A DNA stretch of 64,000 bases from Celeribacter sp. (GTDB taxonomy: Bacteria > Pseudomonadota > Alphaproteobacteria > Rhodobacterales > Rhodobacteraceae). Position numbers and translations under genes: made by a program. The stretch lies in contig JBLHXX010000004.1 in the NCBI GenBank assembly GCA_047630475.1, forward strand, positions 11,374-75,373, read 5' to 3'. How positions within the stretch are numbered: the stretch's first letter is position 1; each line of letters starts with the position of its first letter. Positions 53,806 to 62,746 of the stretch are shown in pieces. The notes below the pieces were generated by a model, which was not told the DNA's origin, searched no databases, and worked only from the letters and a program-made list of their open reading frames with translations.

Positions 53806-54651
53806 ATGACCGCAGCCTCAAAACCTTGCATCATCTGCGTCGCAATCACAGGGTCTTTGCCCACAAAAGCAAACAACCCAGCGGTCCCGATCTCCGTATC
53901 TGAACAGATTGAAAGCACACATGAAGCCTTTGAGGCTGGGGCCTCAATCGTGCACGCCCATGTCCGCAATGATGATGAGACACCATCTAGCGACCCCAAA
54001 AAATTCGCACAGCTCAAGGAAGGTTTGGAAAAGCACTGTCCCGGCATGATCATCCAGTTTTCCACAGGTGGGCGTTCAGGCGCAGGTGAAACCCGTGGCG
54101 CAATGTTGAACCTGTCACCTGACATGGCGTCATTGTCCGTTGGGTCCAACAACTTTCCGACGCGGGTTTATGAAAATCCGCCGGCCTTGGTCGATTGGCT
54201 GGCGTCCGAGATGCGCACATATAATGTAAAGCCCGAAATCGAAGCCTTTGATTTGAGCCACATTCACCAAGCTGCCGCCATGGTCAAAGATGGTCGCATC
54301 AACGGAAAACTCTATGTGCAATTTGTCATGGGGGTGAAGAATGCGATGCCTGTGGATCGTGATGTCTTTGACTACTACATCAAAACTGTCGAACGTCTCA
54401 CGCCAGATGCCCAGTGGTGTGCCGCAGGGATCGGACGTCACCAAATCACCCTCAACGAATGGGCTGTCTCAGCTGGCGGTCACGCACGTACGGGACTTGA
54501 AGACAACGTGCGCATCGACAAAGACACACTCGCGCCCTCAAACGCGGCACTTGTGCGCCGTGTGACCGAGCTTTGTGACAAATATGAACGCCCAGTTGCG
54601 ACATGGCGCCAAGCCCGCGAGATGCTTGAGCTGAGAATGCCAACAGCTTAA
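53806..54651 (+). CDS. Beta-keto acid cleavage enzyme (BKACE/DUF849)
   Basis: IICVAITGS, HAHVR zinc motif, STGG, PEIE, HARTGLEDN. Confidence 0.92.
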   Translation: MTAASKPCIICVAITGSLPTKANNPAVPISVSEQIESTHEAFEAGASIVHAHVRNDDETPSSDPKKFAQLKEGLEKHCPGMIIQFSTGGRSGAGETRGAMLNLSPDMASLSVGSNNFPTRVYENPPALVDWLASEMRTYNVKPEIEAFDLSHIHQAAAMVKDGRINGKLYVQFVMGVKNAMPVDRDVFDYYIKTVERLTPDAQWCAAGIGRHQITLNEWAVSAGGHARTGLEDNVRIDKDTLAPSNAALVRRVTELCDKYERPVATWRQAREMLELRMPTA

Positions 54652-55412
54652 CGCGCCAGAGTTTGCATCCAACCAAGCGAAGCATCCGTGTCGCCGCTTG
54701 GCTTATATTCCGCTCCCAAAGGGGCCCTGTAATTTAGGTTTTTGATCACCTCAAACACATGCGCATAGTTCAACTCGCCTTGATCAGGCGTGCCGCGTGT
54801 GGGCACAGACGCAAATTGGATATGACCGATGTGAGGCAAAAGCGCCTCAAGCTTGTGCGACACATCCCCTTCCATCAGTTGAACATGATAGCAATCAAAC
54901 ATCAGCTTTAGGTTGGCATGTCCGACCTCTTTGATGATCTCAACACCTTGATCTGTGGAGGTCAAAAAATACCCCGGGGCGTCATATTTATTCAAAGGCT
55001 CGATCAAAATCGTGAGGTCATGCTGCGCAGCATTTTCGCAGGCATATCGCAGGTTTTGAACGAAGCAGTCATGGGCAGAGCGCCCTCGCGCAAAGCCCGC
55101 CATGACGTGAATATTGGGCACATTCAAAGCCGCAGCATAGGTGATCGCCTCGTCAATTGCTGCACGCGCATCACTCTCACGACCAACGACGGCTGACAGG
55201 CCATTTTCACCCGCATCGGCATTCCCACGCCGCGTGTTCAGCCCGAGCATCGGCAAGCCAGCCTCGGACAACGCCTTAGATATCTCTTTTATATCATAAT
55301 CATACGGCCAATGGCACTCCACGGCATCAAACCCCGCTGCTTTGGCGGCATGGATGGCGTCTGGCAAAGACTGGTCGGCCCATAGGAACCCGAGATTGGC
55401 TGATAGCTTCAT
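54648..55412 (-). CDS. otnI: 2-oxo-tetronate isomerase (Hyi family)
   Basis: LSANLGFL, LIEPLN, FDCYHVQ, GAEYKP; translationally coupled to otnC. Confidence 0.8.
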   Translation of the reverse strand: MKLSANLGFLWADQSLPDAIHAAKAAGFDAVECHWPYDYDIKEISKALSEAGLPMLGLNTRRGNADAGENGLSAVVGRESDARAAIDEAITYAAALNVPNIHVMAGFARGRSAHDCFVQNLRYACENAAQHDLTILIEPLNKYDAPGYFLTSTDQGVEIIKEVGHANLKLMFDCYHVQLMEGDVSHKLEALLPHIGHIQFASVPTRGTPDQGELNYAHVFEVIKNLNYRAPLGAEYKPSGDTDASLGWMQTLAR

Positions 55413-56059
55413 ACATCCCACTCCACATCAAACTTTGCGACAACATTTTTGACCTGTTCGTCGGTCAAAACAGTGGCGTTCATGCTGCGCAGCATAAAGG
55501 CCAATTTGGCACTCTCTTCCAGCTCTTCAATGGCATTGCAGGCAGCCTCAATATCCTTACCCGCCACGACAGGTCCGTGGTTGGCCAACATGACCGCCGA
55601 CCGCTTTCCGGCAAGGCCACGCACGGCCTCGCCCATCGCCGGATCACCAGGCATAAAGAACGGCAAAAGTTTCACTTTGCCCAGCTTCATAATCGCATAG
55701 GGCGTCACCGGTGGAATGAAATTATCGACATCCACATCTGGCACCATCGATAGAGCAACTGAATGGCACGCATGCAAATGCACGACAGCCCCAGCGGTCG
55801 AACGGGTGTCATAAAACGCGCTGTGCAGTGGCATTTCTTTGGTCGGTTGGTCCCCGCTCACCAAAACACCCTTAGCATCAAAACGACTCAGCGTGGCCGG
55901 ATCAAGTCGGCCAAAACTGGTGCCTGTGGGCGACACCAAAAGCCCACCATCCTCAGTGCGTGCTGAAATATTGCCTGTGCTGCCGCCAGTCAAACCACGA
56001 TCGAACATCGATTTGGCCAATAGGCAAATCTGCTCGCGCAATTGGGTTTCTATGCTCAT
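55409..56059 (-). CDS. otnC: 3-oxo-tetronate 4-phosphate decarboxylase (class II aldolase)
   Basis: GSTGNISAR, PTKEMPLH, HLH, LANHGPV; operon context. Confidence 0.9.
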   Translation of the reverse strand: MSIETQLREQICLLAKSMFDRGLTGGSTGNISARTEDGGLLVSPTGTSFGRLDPATLSRFDAKGVLVSGDQPTKEMPLHSAFYDTRSTAGAVVHLHACHSVALSMVPDVDVDNFIPPVTPYAIMKLGKVKLLPFFMPGDPAMGEAVRGLAGKRSAVMLANHGPVVAGKDIEAACNAIEELEESAKLAFMLRSMNATVLTDEQVKNVVAKFDVEWDV

Positions 56060-57324
56060 GTTTGATCCAACGCGACTAGCGCATCATCAAAGAACGTCTC
56101 GGTGCCAAAGTTACCGGATTTCAATGCGATAGCGATCTCGTTCCCTGCGGATGTGGCGTAACACCATGGCACACCTGGAGCGATTTCAGCCCCGATGGCC
56201 AAGTCCGCAATCTCAAGCGCCTTGGCCACAGCCCCCGACGTTTCCCCTCCAGCGGCAATGATCCGGCGTGCGCCAAGATCACGTGCGGTAATAACGATCT
56301 GCGCCAATGCCTCTTCGACAATCGCGCCTGCACGCTGCGCCCCCAACCTGTCTTGGGCCGCGCGCACTTGGTCCGGTTCAGCAGAGGCATAAATCAAAGG
56401 CGCTTGTTCAAGGTCTTGAGCTTTCAACCATGCGATCGCGGCACCAGCGCCATTTTCCGCCAGATCAATTGGATCAATCTGTAGGCTCGGCGCGTGGGCC
56501 CTATAGGATGCGACCTGCGCACGGGTCATTTGCGAACAACTGCCCGACAGCACAACAGCCCGTTTTGACAATTGCGGCACAACGACAGCTGGCGCATCGG
56601 CGGGCAAAATGCCATGGGTCACATAGGCTTGCGGTAGAGGCATCGCAACCGCACTGCCCCCCGTCAATAATTTCATATCCCAACAGGCATTTGCGATGGT
56701 CGTAAGGTCGGCATCCGCCACAGCATCAACCACCACATGGGCCACACCTTGAGAGCGCAGCATTTCAAGTTCGCTGCGCAGCATTTTTGCCCCCTGCGAC
56801 ACAACCCGCTGTGCGGCGAGCCCCACAGGTTTGGTCACTTGCGGGGTCAAAAGGCGCATCAAATTGCTGTCACGCATCGGCGTCAACGGGTGATCTTTCA
56901 TTGGGCTCTCAGACAAAGGCTGTTGGCCCACAAACAGATTGCCCATGTAAATAGAGCGTCCATTTTCGGGGAAAGCGGGACAATAGATCGTCTGATCTGT
57001 GCCTATATCTTTCATCAAAGCCTCGGCCACGGGACCAATGTTACCCTCAGCCGTGCTGTCAAAAGTCGAGCAGTATTTCCAAAAGAATCGCTGCGCGCCT
57101 GCCGCTTTGAGCCACGCCAATGCCGCGCAGCACTCAAGAACCGCGTCCTCAACGGGCGAGGTGCGGCATTTGAGGGCAATCACTTCGAAGGCTTCTGTAT
57201 CTTTTGGTGGCTCAGTTGGCACCCCAAGGCGCAGCCGCACAGCCACGCCAGAGCGCGACAAAAGTCCCGCCAAATCGGTGGCGCCAGTGAAATCATCAGC
57301 AATACATCCCAAAACTGTGCTCAT
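56056..57324 (-). CDS. otnK: 3-oxo-tetronate kinase (DUF1537)
   Basis: LGCIADDFTGATD, KYCSTFDST, GGETSG, LKSGNFG. Confidence 0.93.
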   Translation of the reverse strand: MSTVLGCIADDFTGATDLAGLLSRSGVAVRLRLGVPTEPPKDTEAFEVIALKCRTSPVEDAVLECCAALAWLKAAGAQRFFWKYCSTFDSTAEGNIGPVAEALMKDIGTDQTIYCPAFPENGRSIYMGNLFVGQQPLSESPMKDHPLTPMRDSNLMRLLTPQVTKPVGLAAQRVVSQGAKMLRSELEMLRSQGVAHVVVDAVADADLTTIANACWDMKLLTGGSAVAMPLPQAYVTHGILPADAPAVVVPQLSKRAVVLSGSCSQMTRAQVASYRAHAPSLQIDPIDLAENGAGAAIAWLKAQDLEQAPLIYASAEPDQVRAAQDRLGAQRAGAIVEEALAQIVITARDLGARRIIAAGGETSGAVAKALEIADLAIGAEIAPGVPWCYATSAGNEIAIALKSGNFGTETFFDDALVALDQT

Positions 57325-58244
57325 GATGATGCGTCCATCTTTTTGGGTTCTGGCAACGTGATGCCCGATTGTGCGGCATAAACTTTGGTGATGGCAGAGT
57401 CGTCTTCAAGACCTAATCCCATGCCTTGTGCGGTCAAATACACTTGCAACGCCGCTGAGGCGATTGGGGTTGAGAATTGCGCCCCGCGTGCGATGTCTTG
57501 GACAATTCCAAGGTCTTTCGGCCAAATATTGATCAGGCTCTCTGGTTTATAATTGGCCACTGACATTTTCGTGCCGCGGTTTTCCAATGCCCAGCTTGTG
57601 CCAGCAGATTTACGGATCACATCAATCATCAATTCAGGATCAATACCTTGGGATATACCAAAGGTCATTGCCTCTGCGCAGGCCGCCAAATGAACCCCAA
57701 CAAGCAATTGGTTTACAGCTTTCATCGCCGATCCCGCCCCCGCGCTGTCACCCAATTTAAACACATTCGACGCGATAGCGTCCAGTGTTGGGCCAAGCGC
57801 CTCATAAGCAGCATCAGAACCAGACGACATAATCGACAGCGCGCCCGACGCGGCACGCCCCGTACCGCCTGACACTGGCGCATCCAGATAAAGCAATCCA
57901 AGATCAGCACATCTTTTTTCCATATCGCGCGCAAAATCAGGTGCCACTGTGGCGCTCGACAAAATCGCAGCGCCTTTGCGCAGCTTGGCAGCAATACCAT
58001 CAGGACCGAACAACACGGATTCTGTTTGAGCCGCGTTCAAAACAATGATCACCACCGCATCCAGCGTGTTTGCCACATCGTCCATCGCACCTTGCGCCCC
58101 ACCTTCGGCTTGGAAACGCGCGACTTGTTCTGGGTTGATATCGAATCCATAAACCGTGTGCCCTGCCCGCAACGCAGAGTGCGCCACACCAAATCCCATA
58201 GACCCAAGACCAATCACACCTATTTTTTGTTTTTGTCCGCTCAT
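57321..58244 (-). CDS. ltnD: L-threonate dehydrogenase-like (beta-hydroxyacid dehydrogenase family)
   Basis: GLGSMG, DAPVSGG, MKAVNQLL, KDLGIV; first gene of the otn operon. Confidence 0.8.
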   Translation of the reverse strand: MSGQKQKIGVIGLGSMGFGVAHSALRAGHTVYGFDINPEQVARFQAEGGAQGAMDDVANTLDAVVIIVLNAAQTESVLFGPDGIAAKLRKGAAILSSATVAPDFARDMEKRCADLGLLYLDAPVSGGTGRAASGALSIMSSGSDAAYEALGPTLDAIASNVFKLGDSAGAGSAMKAVNQLLVGVHLAACAEAMTFGISQGIDPELMIDVIRKSAGTSWALENRGTKMSVANYKPESLINIWPKDLGIVQDIARGAQFSTPIASAALQVYLTAQGMGLGLEDDSAITKVYAAQSGITLPEPKKMDASS

Positions 58245-58306
58245 GTTTTGCCTCAGATCTTGAATTTCGATGATCAAATTCGGCCTATCCGAACTGACTG
58301 CTTGAA

Positions 58307-58320
58307 TTTGGTATACCAAA
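58307..58320. promoter_or_regulatory. GntR/FadR-type operator
   Basis: Perfect palindrome TTTGGTATACCAAA between the divergent ltnD and aminotransferase genes. Confidence 0.75.
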
Positions 58321-58390
58321 ATGCTTATTCGTATGGCAACGCTCAATGTGACAATTCGCTTCCCCCATCGGGAAGGCGCAAAACAAAGGA

Positions 58391-59569
58391 ATGATGATGG
58401 AGGCTCAATTACAATTTGCTGACAGCCTGTCACGTCTCGGGACGGAATCTGCGTTTGAAGTTTTAGCGCGCGCCCAAAACTTGGCCGCCCAAGGCCGTGA
58501 CATTATCAATCTAGGAATTGGCCAGCCCGATTTCCAAACGCCCGAGAACATTGTCGAGGCGGGGATCAAAGCCTTGCGTGATGGTCACCACGGCTACACC
58601 CCTGCGAATGGCTTGCTCAAGTTGCGCGAAGCTGTGACTGCCGATTTACACCGGCGTCACGGCGTTGATGTGGACCCTAAAAACGTGGTGGTGGTGCCCG
58701 GCGGCAAGCCCACGATGTTTTTCGCGATCACGATGTTTGGCCAACCTGGCGTTGAGATCATTTATCCCAACCCCGGCTTTCCTATCTATGAAAGTGTGAT
58801 CAACTATTCTGGTGCCACACCCGTCCCTATGGCGCTGAAAGAAGAAAATGGGTTTTCATTTTCCGCCGAGGCCGTTTTGGCGCAAATTACTGATAAAACA
58901 CGACTTATTATCATCAATAGCCCTGCAAACCCCACGGGGGGCGTCACACCAAAGTCCGAGATCGACAAACTCGTCGCAGGTCTTTTGGAACATCCCCATG
59001 TGGCATTGATGTCCGACGAAATCTATTCGAACATGCTGTATGGTGGGCGCAAACATGTGAGCCTGCTACAGTATCCAGACATTCGTGATCGATTGATTAT
59101 GCTGGACGGTTGGTCAAAAACCTATGCCATGACGGGCTGGCGTATTGGCTATGCTGTGTGGCCCGACAGCATGGTCGATCATGTGACGCGGCTGTGCATC
59201 AATGATCATTCTTGTGTCAATGCTGCGACACAGTTTGCGGCGATTGAGGCGCTGAACGGCCCCCAAGATGCGGTGCATGGCATGGTGGCGCAATTTGATG
59301 CCCGCCGCGACGTGATCGTGCGTGAGCTGAATGCTTTGCCGGGGGTACGCTGCCCTGATCCAGCCGGCGCGTTTTACGCTTTTGCCAATATCGAAGGCAC
59401 AGGCATGAGTGCCACCCAAGCGCAAAACACATTTCTAAACGACGCTGGCGTGGCCACCGTTGCGGGCACCTCATTTGGGGCATGGGGCGAAGGGTATCTG
59501 CGCTTGTCCTATGCCAACTCAACGGAAAATATAATCGACGCCATCCACCGCATCCGCGGTCTTCTATAA
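58391..59569 (+). CDS. Class I PLP aminotransferase (aspartate aminotransferase-like)
   Basis: LGIGQPDF, NSPANPTG, SDEIY, SKTYAMTGWRIG; three tandem ATGs make the start uncertain. Confidence 0.93.
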   Translation: MMMEAQLQFADSLSRLGTESAFEVLARAQNLAAQGRDIINLGIGQPDFQTPENIVEAGIKALRDGHHGYTPANGLLKLREAVTADLHRRHGVDVDPKNVVVVPGGKPTMFFAITMFGQPGVEIIYPNPGFPIYESVINYSGATPVPMALKEENGFSFSAEAVLAQITDKTRLIIINSPANPTGGVTPKSEIDKLVAGLLEHPHVALMSDEIYSNMLYGGRKHVSLLQYPDIRDRLIMLDGWSKTYAMTGWRIGYAVWPDSMVDHVTRLCINDHSCVNAATQFAAIEALNGPQDAVHGMVAQFDARRDVIVRELNALPGVRCPDPAGAFYAFANIEGTGMSATQAQNTFLNDAGVATVAGTSFGAWGEGYLRLSYANSTENIIDAIHRIRGLL

Positions 59570-59590
59570 AATTGTGAAAGGGCATTTCAA

Positions 59591-60538
59591 ATGACCGATA
59601 CTCCACTTCTTATTCTTGGCGCGGCCTTTAGTGATGACGAACGCTATCGTCTTGAAACGGCGCACAACACATCATTTTCGGCATCGCCCGATGCGGTGTC
59701 ACAGCTGCCCGAAGCCGTCCGCATCACGGTAAAAGCCATCGCATTTAAGGGACATAACCCATTGAATGGGAACACTATGGATCTGTTGCCAAACCTTGGT
59801 GTGATCGCCAACTACGGCGTGGGCTATGACGCAATCAATGTGGTCGACGCCTCCGCACGGGGCATCAAAGTGACCAACACGCCCGACGTTTTGAACGATG
59901 ATGTGGCAGACATTGCAGTGGGCATGATGATCGCACAGTCGCGCAACATGATCGTGGGCGATGCCTTGGTGCGCTCTGGAAAATGGGCTGGCGGCGAAAA
60001 TTTACCGCTTAACCGCAAGATGTCGGGATCGTCTGTTGGCATCGTTGGGCTTGGCCGGATCGGGCGCGATATCGCGGATCGTTTGGCGGCATTCAAGATG
60101 GACATTCACTATCATGCGCGCTCAGAAAAACAAACGCCGAACTGGACTTACCACGACGATGTGGTGTCGTTGGCATCGGCTGTTGATTATCTTGTCATCG
60201 CGCTTGTTGGCGGCAAAGAAACCGAGAAATACGTCTCGGCCGAGGCCATCGCAGCACTGGGATCACGTGGCGTTGTGATCAATATTTCACGCGGTTCAAC
60301 CATTGACGAAGAGGCGCTGATCACGGCGTTGACTGACGGTACAATCGCAGGTGCCGGTCTAGATGTGTTCAACGACGAGCCTAAAATCGATGAGCGTTTT
60401 TATGGCCTGCCAACTGCGGTTTTACAGCCACACCAAGGATCAGGCACCGTGGAAACACGCCGTGCCATGGCCGAATTGCAACTGGCCAATGTGACGGCTC
60501 ATTTGAATGGCACAGACCTTTTGACCGCCGTCAACTAA
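59591..60538 (+). CDS. D-2-hydroxyacid dehydrogenase (glyoxylate/hydroxypyruvate reductase-like)
   Basis: GLGRIG, NISRG, LDVFNDEP, PHQGS. Confidence 0.92.
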   Translation: MTDTPLLILGAAFSDDERYRLETAHNTSFSASPDAVSQLPEAVRITVKAIAFKGHNPLNGNTMDLLPNLGVIANYGVGYDAINVVDASARGIKVTNTPDVLNDDVADIAVGMMIAQSRNMIVGDALVRSGKWAGGENLPLNRKMSGSSVGIVGLGRIGRDIADRLAAFKMDIHYHARSEKQTPNWTYHDDVVSLASAVDYLVIALVGGKETEKYVSAEAIAALGSRGVVINISRGSTIDEEALITALTDGTIAGAGLDVFNDEPKIDERFYGLPTAVLQPHQGSGTVETRRAMAELQLANVTAHLNGTDLLTAVN

Positions 60539-60557
60539 ACCTAGCCCCTCAGGGCGC

Positions 60558-60589
60558 AAAAAAGGACACCTCAATCGGGTGCCCTTTTT
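60558..60589. terminator. Bidirectional terminator
   Basis: AAAAAAGGACACC...GGTGCCCTTTTT between convergent genes. Confidence 0.8.
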
Positions 60590-60604
60590 CATATTTTACA
60601 GCGA

Positions 60605-61570
60605 TCACGCGTTGGGCTGATCGTCTTCAATGTAGTATCGAATGTTTTCCTCAAAACTTTCATCGGCACTCAACCCAAGTGCGCGCGCCTTGTCGGTTTC
60701 GATGGTAAATTGCCAACCTTTCGCGATCGCCCAAACGGCATCATCGGGTTCATAGGTGATCAATTTTTCGGGTTCGGGCCCAGCAACAGCCGTCATCGCA
60801 TCAATCATTTCGCCGATTGTCAGGTTTTGCCCCGGCATGGTCATGCAGCGGTTTTTTCCAAAATCTTCGGCAGGGATTTCTGCGCCCTTGATCAAATTTT
60901 CAATGCATTTGCGCGGCGACAGATAAAAATGCGGAAAATCGCGACTGACTGGACAATTGGACGTAATGCCATTGAGCGGCTCACGAAAAATAGACGACAT
61001 AAACCCAGACGCCGCGCGATTGGGTTTGCCTGGACGCACGGAAATGGTCGGCAAACGAAAGCCGCGTCCATCGATCAAACCACGGCGCGAATAGTCATTG
61101 ATCAACAGCTCGCCGATCGCCTTTTGCGCCCCATAGGATGTTTGCGGGTTGAGCAATGTCTGATCGGTGATCACATCTGGCAAATCGCCACCGTAGCAAG
61201 CCACGGACGATGTAAAGACAACGACAGGTGCATGCGGCAAAGCGCGACACCGCTCCAACACATTCAGAGTGCCCATCATATTGATACGCATCCCCAAATC
61301 GAGATCTTCTTCGGCTTGACCAGACACAATCGCCGCCAACAGATAGATGACATCTATGTCGTAGGAAATCAGCTTGGCCACCTGTGTTGTATCGGAAATA
61401 TCGCAGGTGGTCGTTTCAACCGCAAACCCCGCCTCAACCACAGGCGGATCGACAATGTCCGCAAGGACAAGCGTGTCGATAGCTTCACCGCGCAATGTCC
61501 CCCGCGCAGCCAAAGACCTCGCCAGTTTTTGACCAACAAAACCGCCACCCCCAAGAATAAGAATTTTCAT
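60605..61570 (-). CDS. denD: D-erythronate dehydrogenase-like extended SDR
   Basis: GGGGFVG, LAAIVSGQAE, YGAQK, RLPTISVRPGKPNRAASGF. Confidence 0.85.
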   Translation of the reverse strand: MKILILGGGGFVGQKLARSLAARGTLRGEAIDTLVLADIVDPPVVEAGFAVETTTCDISDTTQVAKLISYDIDVIYLLAAIVSGQAEEDLDLGMRINMMGTLNVLERCRALPHAPVVVFTSSVACYGGDLPDVITDQTLLNPQTSYGAQKAIGELLINDYSRRGLIDGRGFRLPTISVRPGKPNRAASGFMSSIFREPLNGITSNCPVSRDFPHFYLSPRKCIENLIKGAEIPAEDFGKNRCMTMPGQNLTIGEMIDAMTAVAGPEPEKLITYEPDDAVWAIAKGWQFTIETDKARALGLSADESFEENIRYYIEDDQPNA

Positions 61571-61590
61571 AACCTGTCTCCCAAAGTGAA

Positions 61591-62742
61591 TTAAATAAGC
61601 CCGCGCGCGGCAAGATTGCGCATCAACGCCGAGGTGCCAAACGTCCAAGGCGGACAGTCCGTCGACAAGCGCACGGTATTTGTCAGCGCGCCAAGCGTTG
61701 GCTCAGAAATCGTGACCACATCCCCCATTTTATGGGTAAAGCCCTGCCCTTTGGTGTCACGGTCTTGAACCGGTGCGAACAACGTTCCAAGGAACAAGAA
61801 AAACCCATCAGGGTATTGGTGATGGCGGCCAATGGTTTGATCAACGATGCTTTGCGGAGTGCGACTGATTTTGTTCATGAAGGAATGCCCATCAAGCAAA
61901 AATCCATCATCGCCCGTGATTTTGAGATCAAGCTCGGCACTGTGCACATCCTCCATAGAAAAACTGCCGTCAAACAGCCGCACAAACGGCCCGATGGAAC
62001 ACGACGCGTTGTTGTCTTTGGCCTTGCCCAACAGCAATGCAGAGCGCCCTTCGACATCGCGCAAATTCACGTCATTGCCCAAAGTTGCCCCGACAACTTT
62101 GCCTGTGGATGTGACCGCCAAGACGACTTCTGGCTCGGGATTATTCCAGCTCGACATCGGATGCAGGCCCACAGAAGCGCCCCATCCCACCGCGCCCATC
62201 GGTTGCGATTTGGTGAACACTTCTGCGTCAGGACCGATACCAACCTCCAAATATTGCGACCACAATCCCTCGGACTGCAAGATCGCTTTGACCTCCATCG
62301 CCTTCTCCGATCCAGGTACAATCCCAGACAGGCTATCACCGATGCTGGCTTTGACTTTCAGACGTATCTCTTCGGCGCGATCCGCGTTGCCTGCGGCTTG
62401 CTCTTCAATCACGCGCTCGACCATACTTTCCGCAAACGTCACGCCAGAGGCTTTCACCGCTTGCAAATCTGAAGGCGCTAAAAAGTGTAGCGCATCTTCA
62501 CCTGCAGCCTCGACAGATCCTTTTGTCACGTCCGACAGCGTGCCAATCACGTCGCCTGTGGCGGCGCTGACAAAATCCAAGAGATCATCACGCTCCAACA
62601 AATCGCGCATGGTTGGTGCGTCTTTAGACGTTATATCGATCACAGCATCGCCGCGCAGAACAACAACACAAGGTCCGATGTTTGGCTGCCATACGCGGCC
62701 CACGAATGTGGCGTCAGGGGTTGGGTTTAAATGGGGAATCAT
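61591..62742 (-). CDS. FAH-family protein, XylX-like (2-keto-3-deoxy-pentonate dehydratase)
   Basis: WSQYLEVGIGPDAEVFTK, WNNPEPE, NDVNLRDVEGRSALLL, HQYPDG; closely resembles recalled Caulobacter XylX. Confidence 0.85.
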   Translation of the reverse strand: MIPHLNPTPDATFVGRVWQPNIGPCVVVLRGDAVIDITSKDAPTMRDLLERDDLLDFVSAATGDVIGTLSDVTKGSVEAAGEDALHFLAPSDLQAVKASGVTFAESMVERVIEEQAAGNADRAEEIRLKVKASIGDSLSGIVPGSEKAMEVKAILQSEGLWSQYLEVGIGPDAEVFTKSQPMGAVGWGASVGLHPMSSWNNPEPEVVLAVTSTGKVVGATLGNDVNLRDVEGRSALLLGKAKDNNASCSIGPFVRLFDGSFSMEDVHSAELDLKITGDDGFLLDGHSFMNKISRTPQSIVDQTIGRHHQYPDGFFLFLGTLFAPVQDRDTKGQGFTHKMGDVVTISEPTLGALTNTVRLSTDCPPWTFGTSALMRNLAARGLI

Positions 62743-62746
62743 GGGT

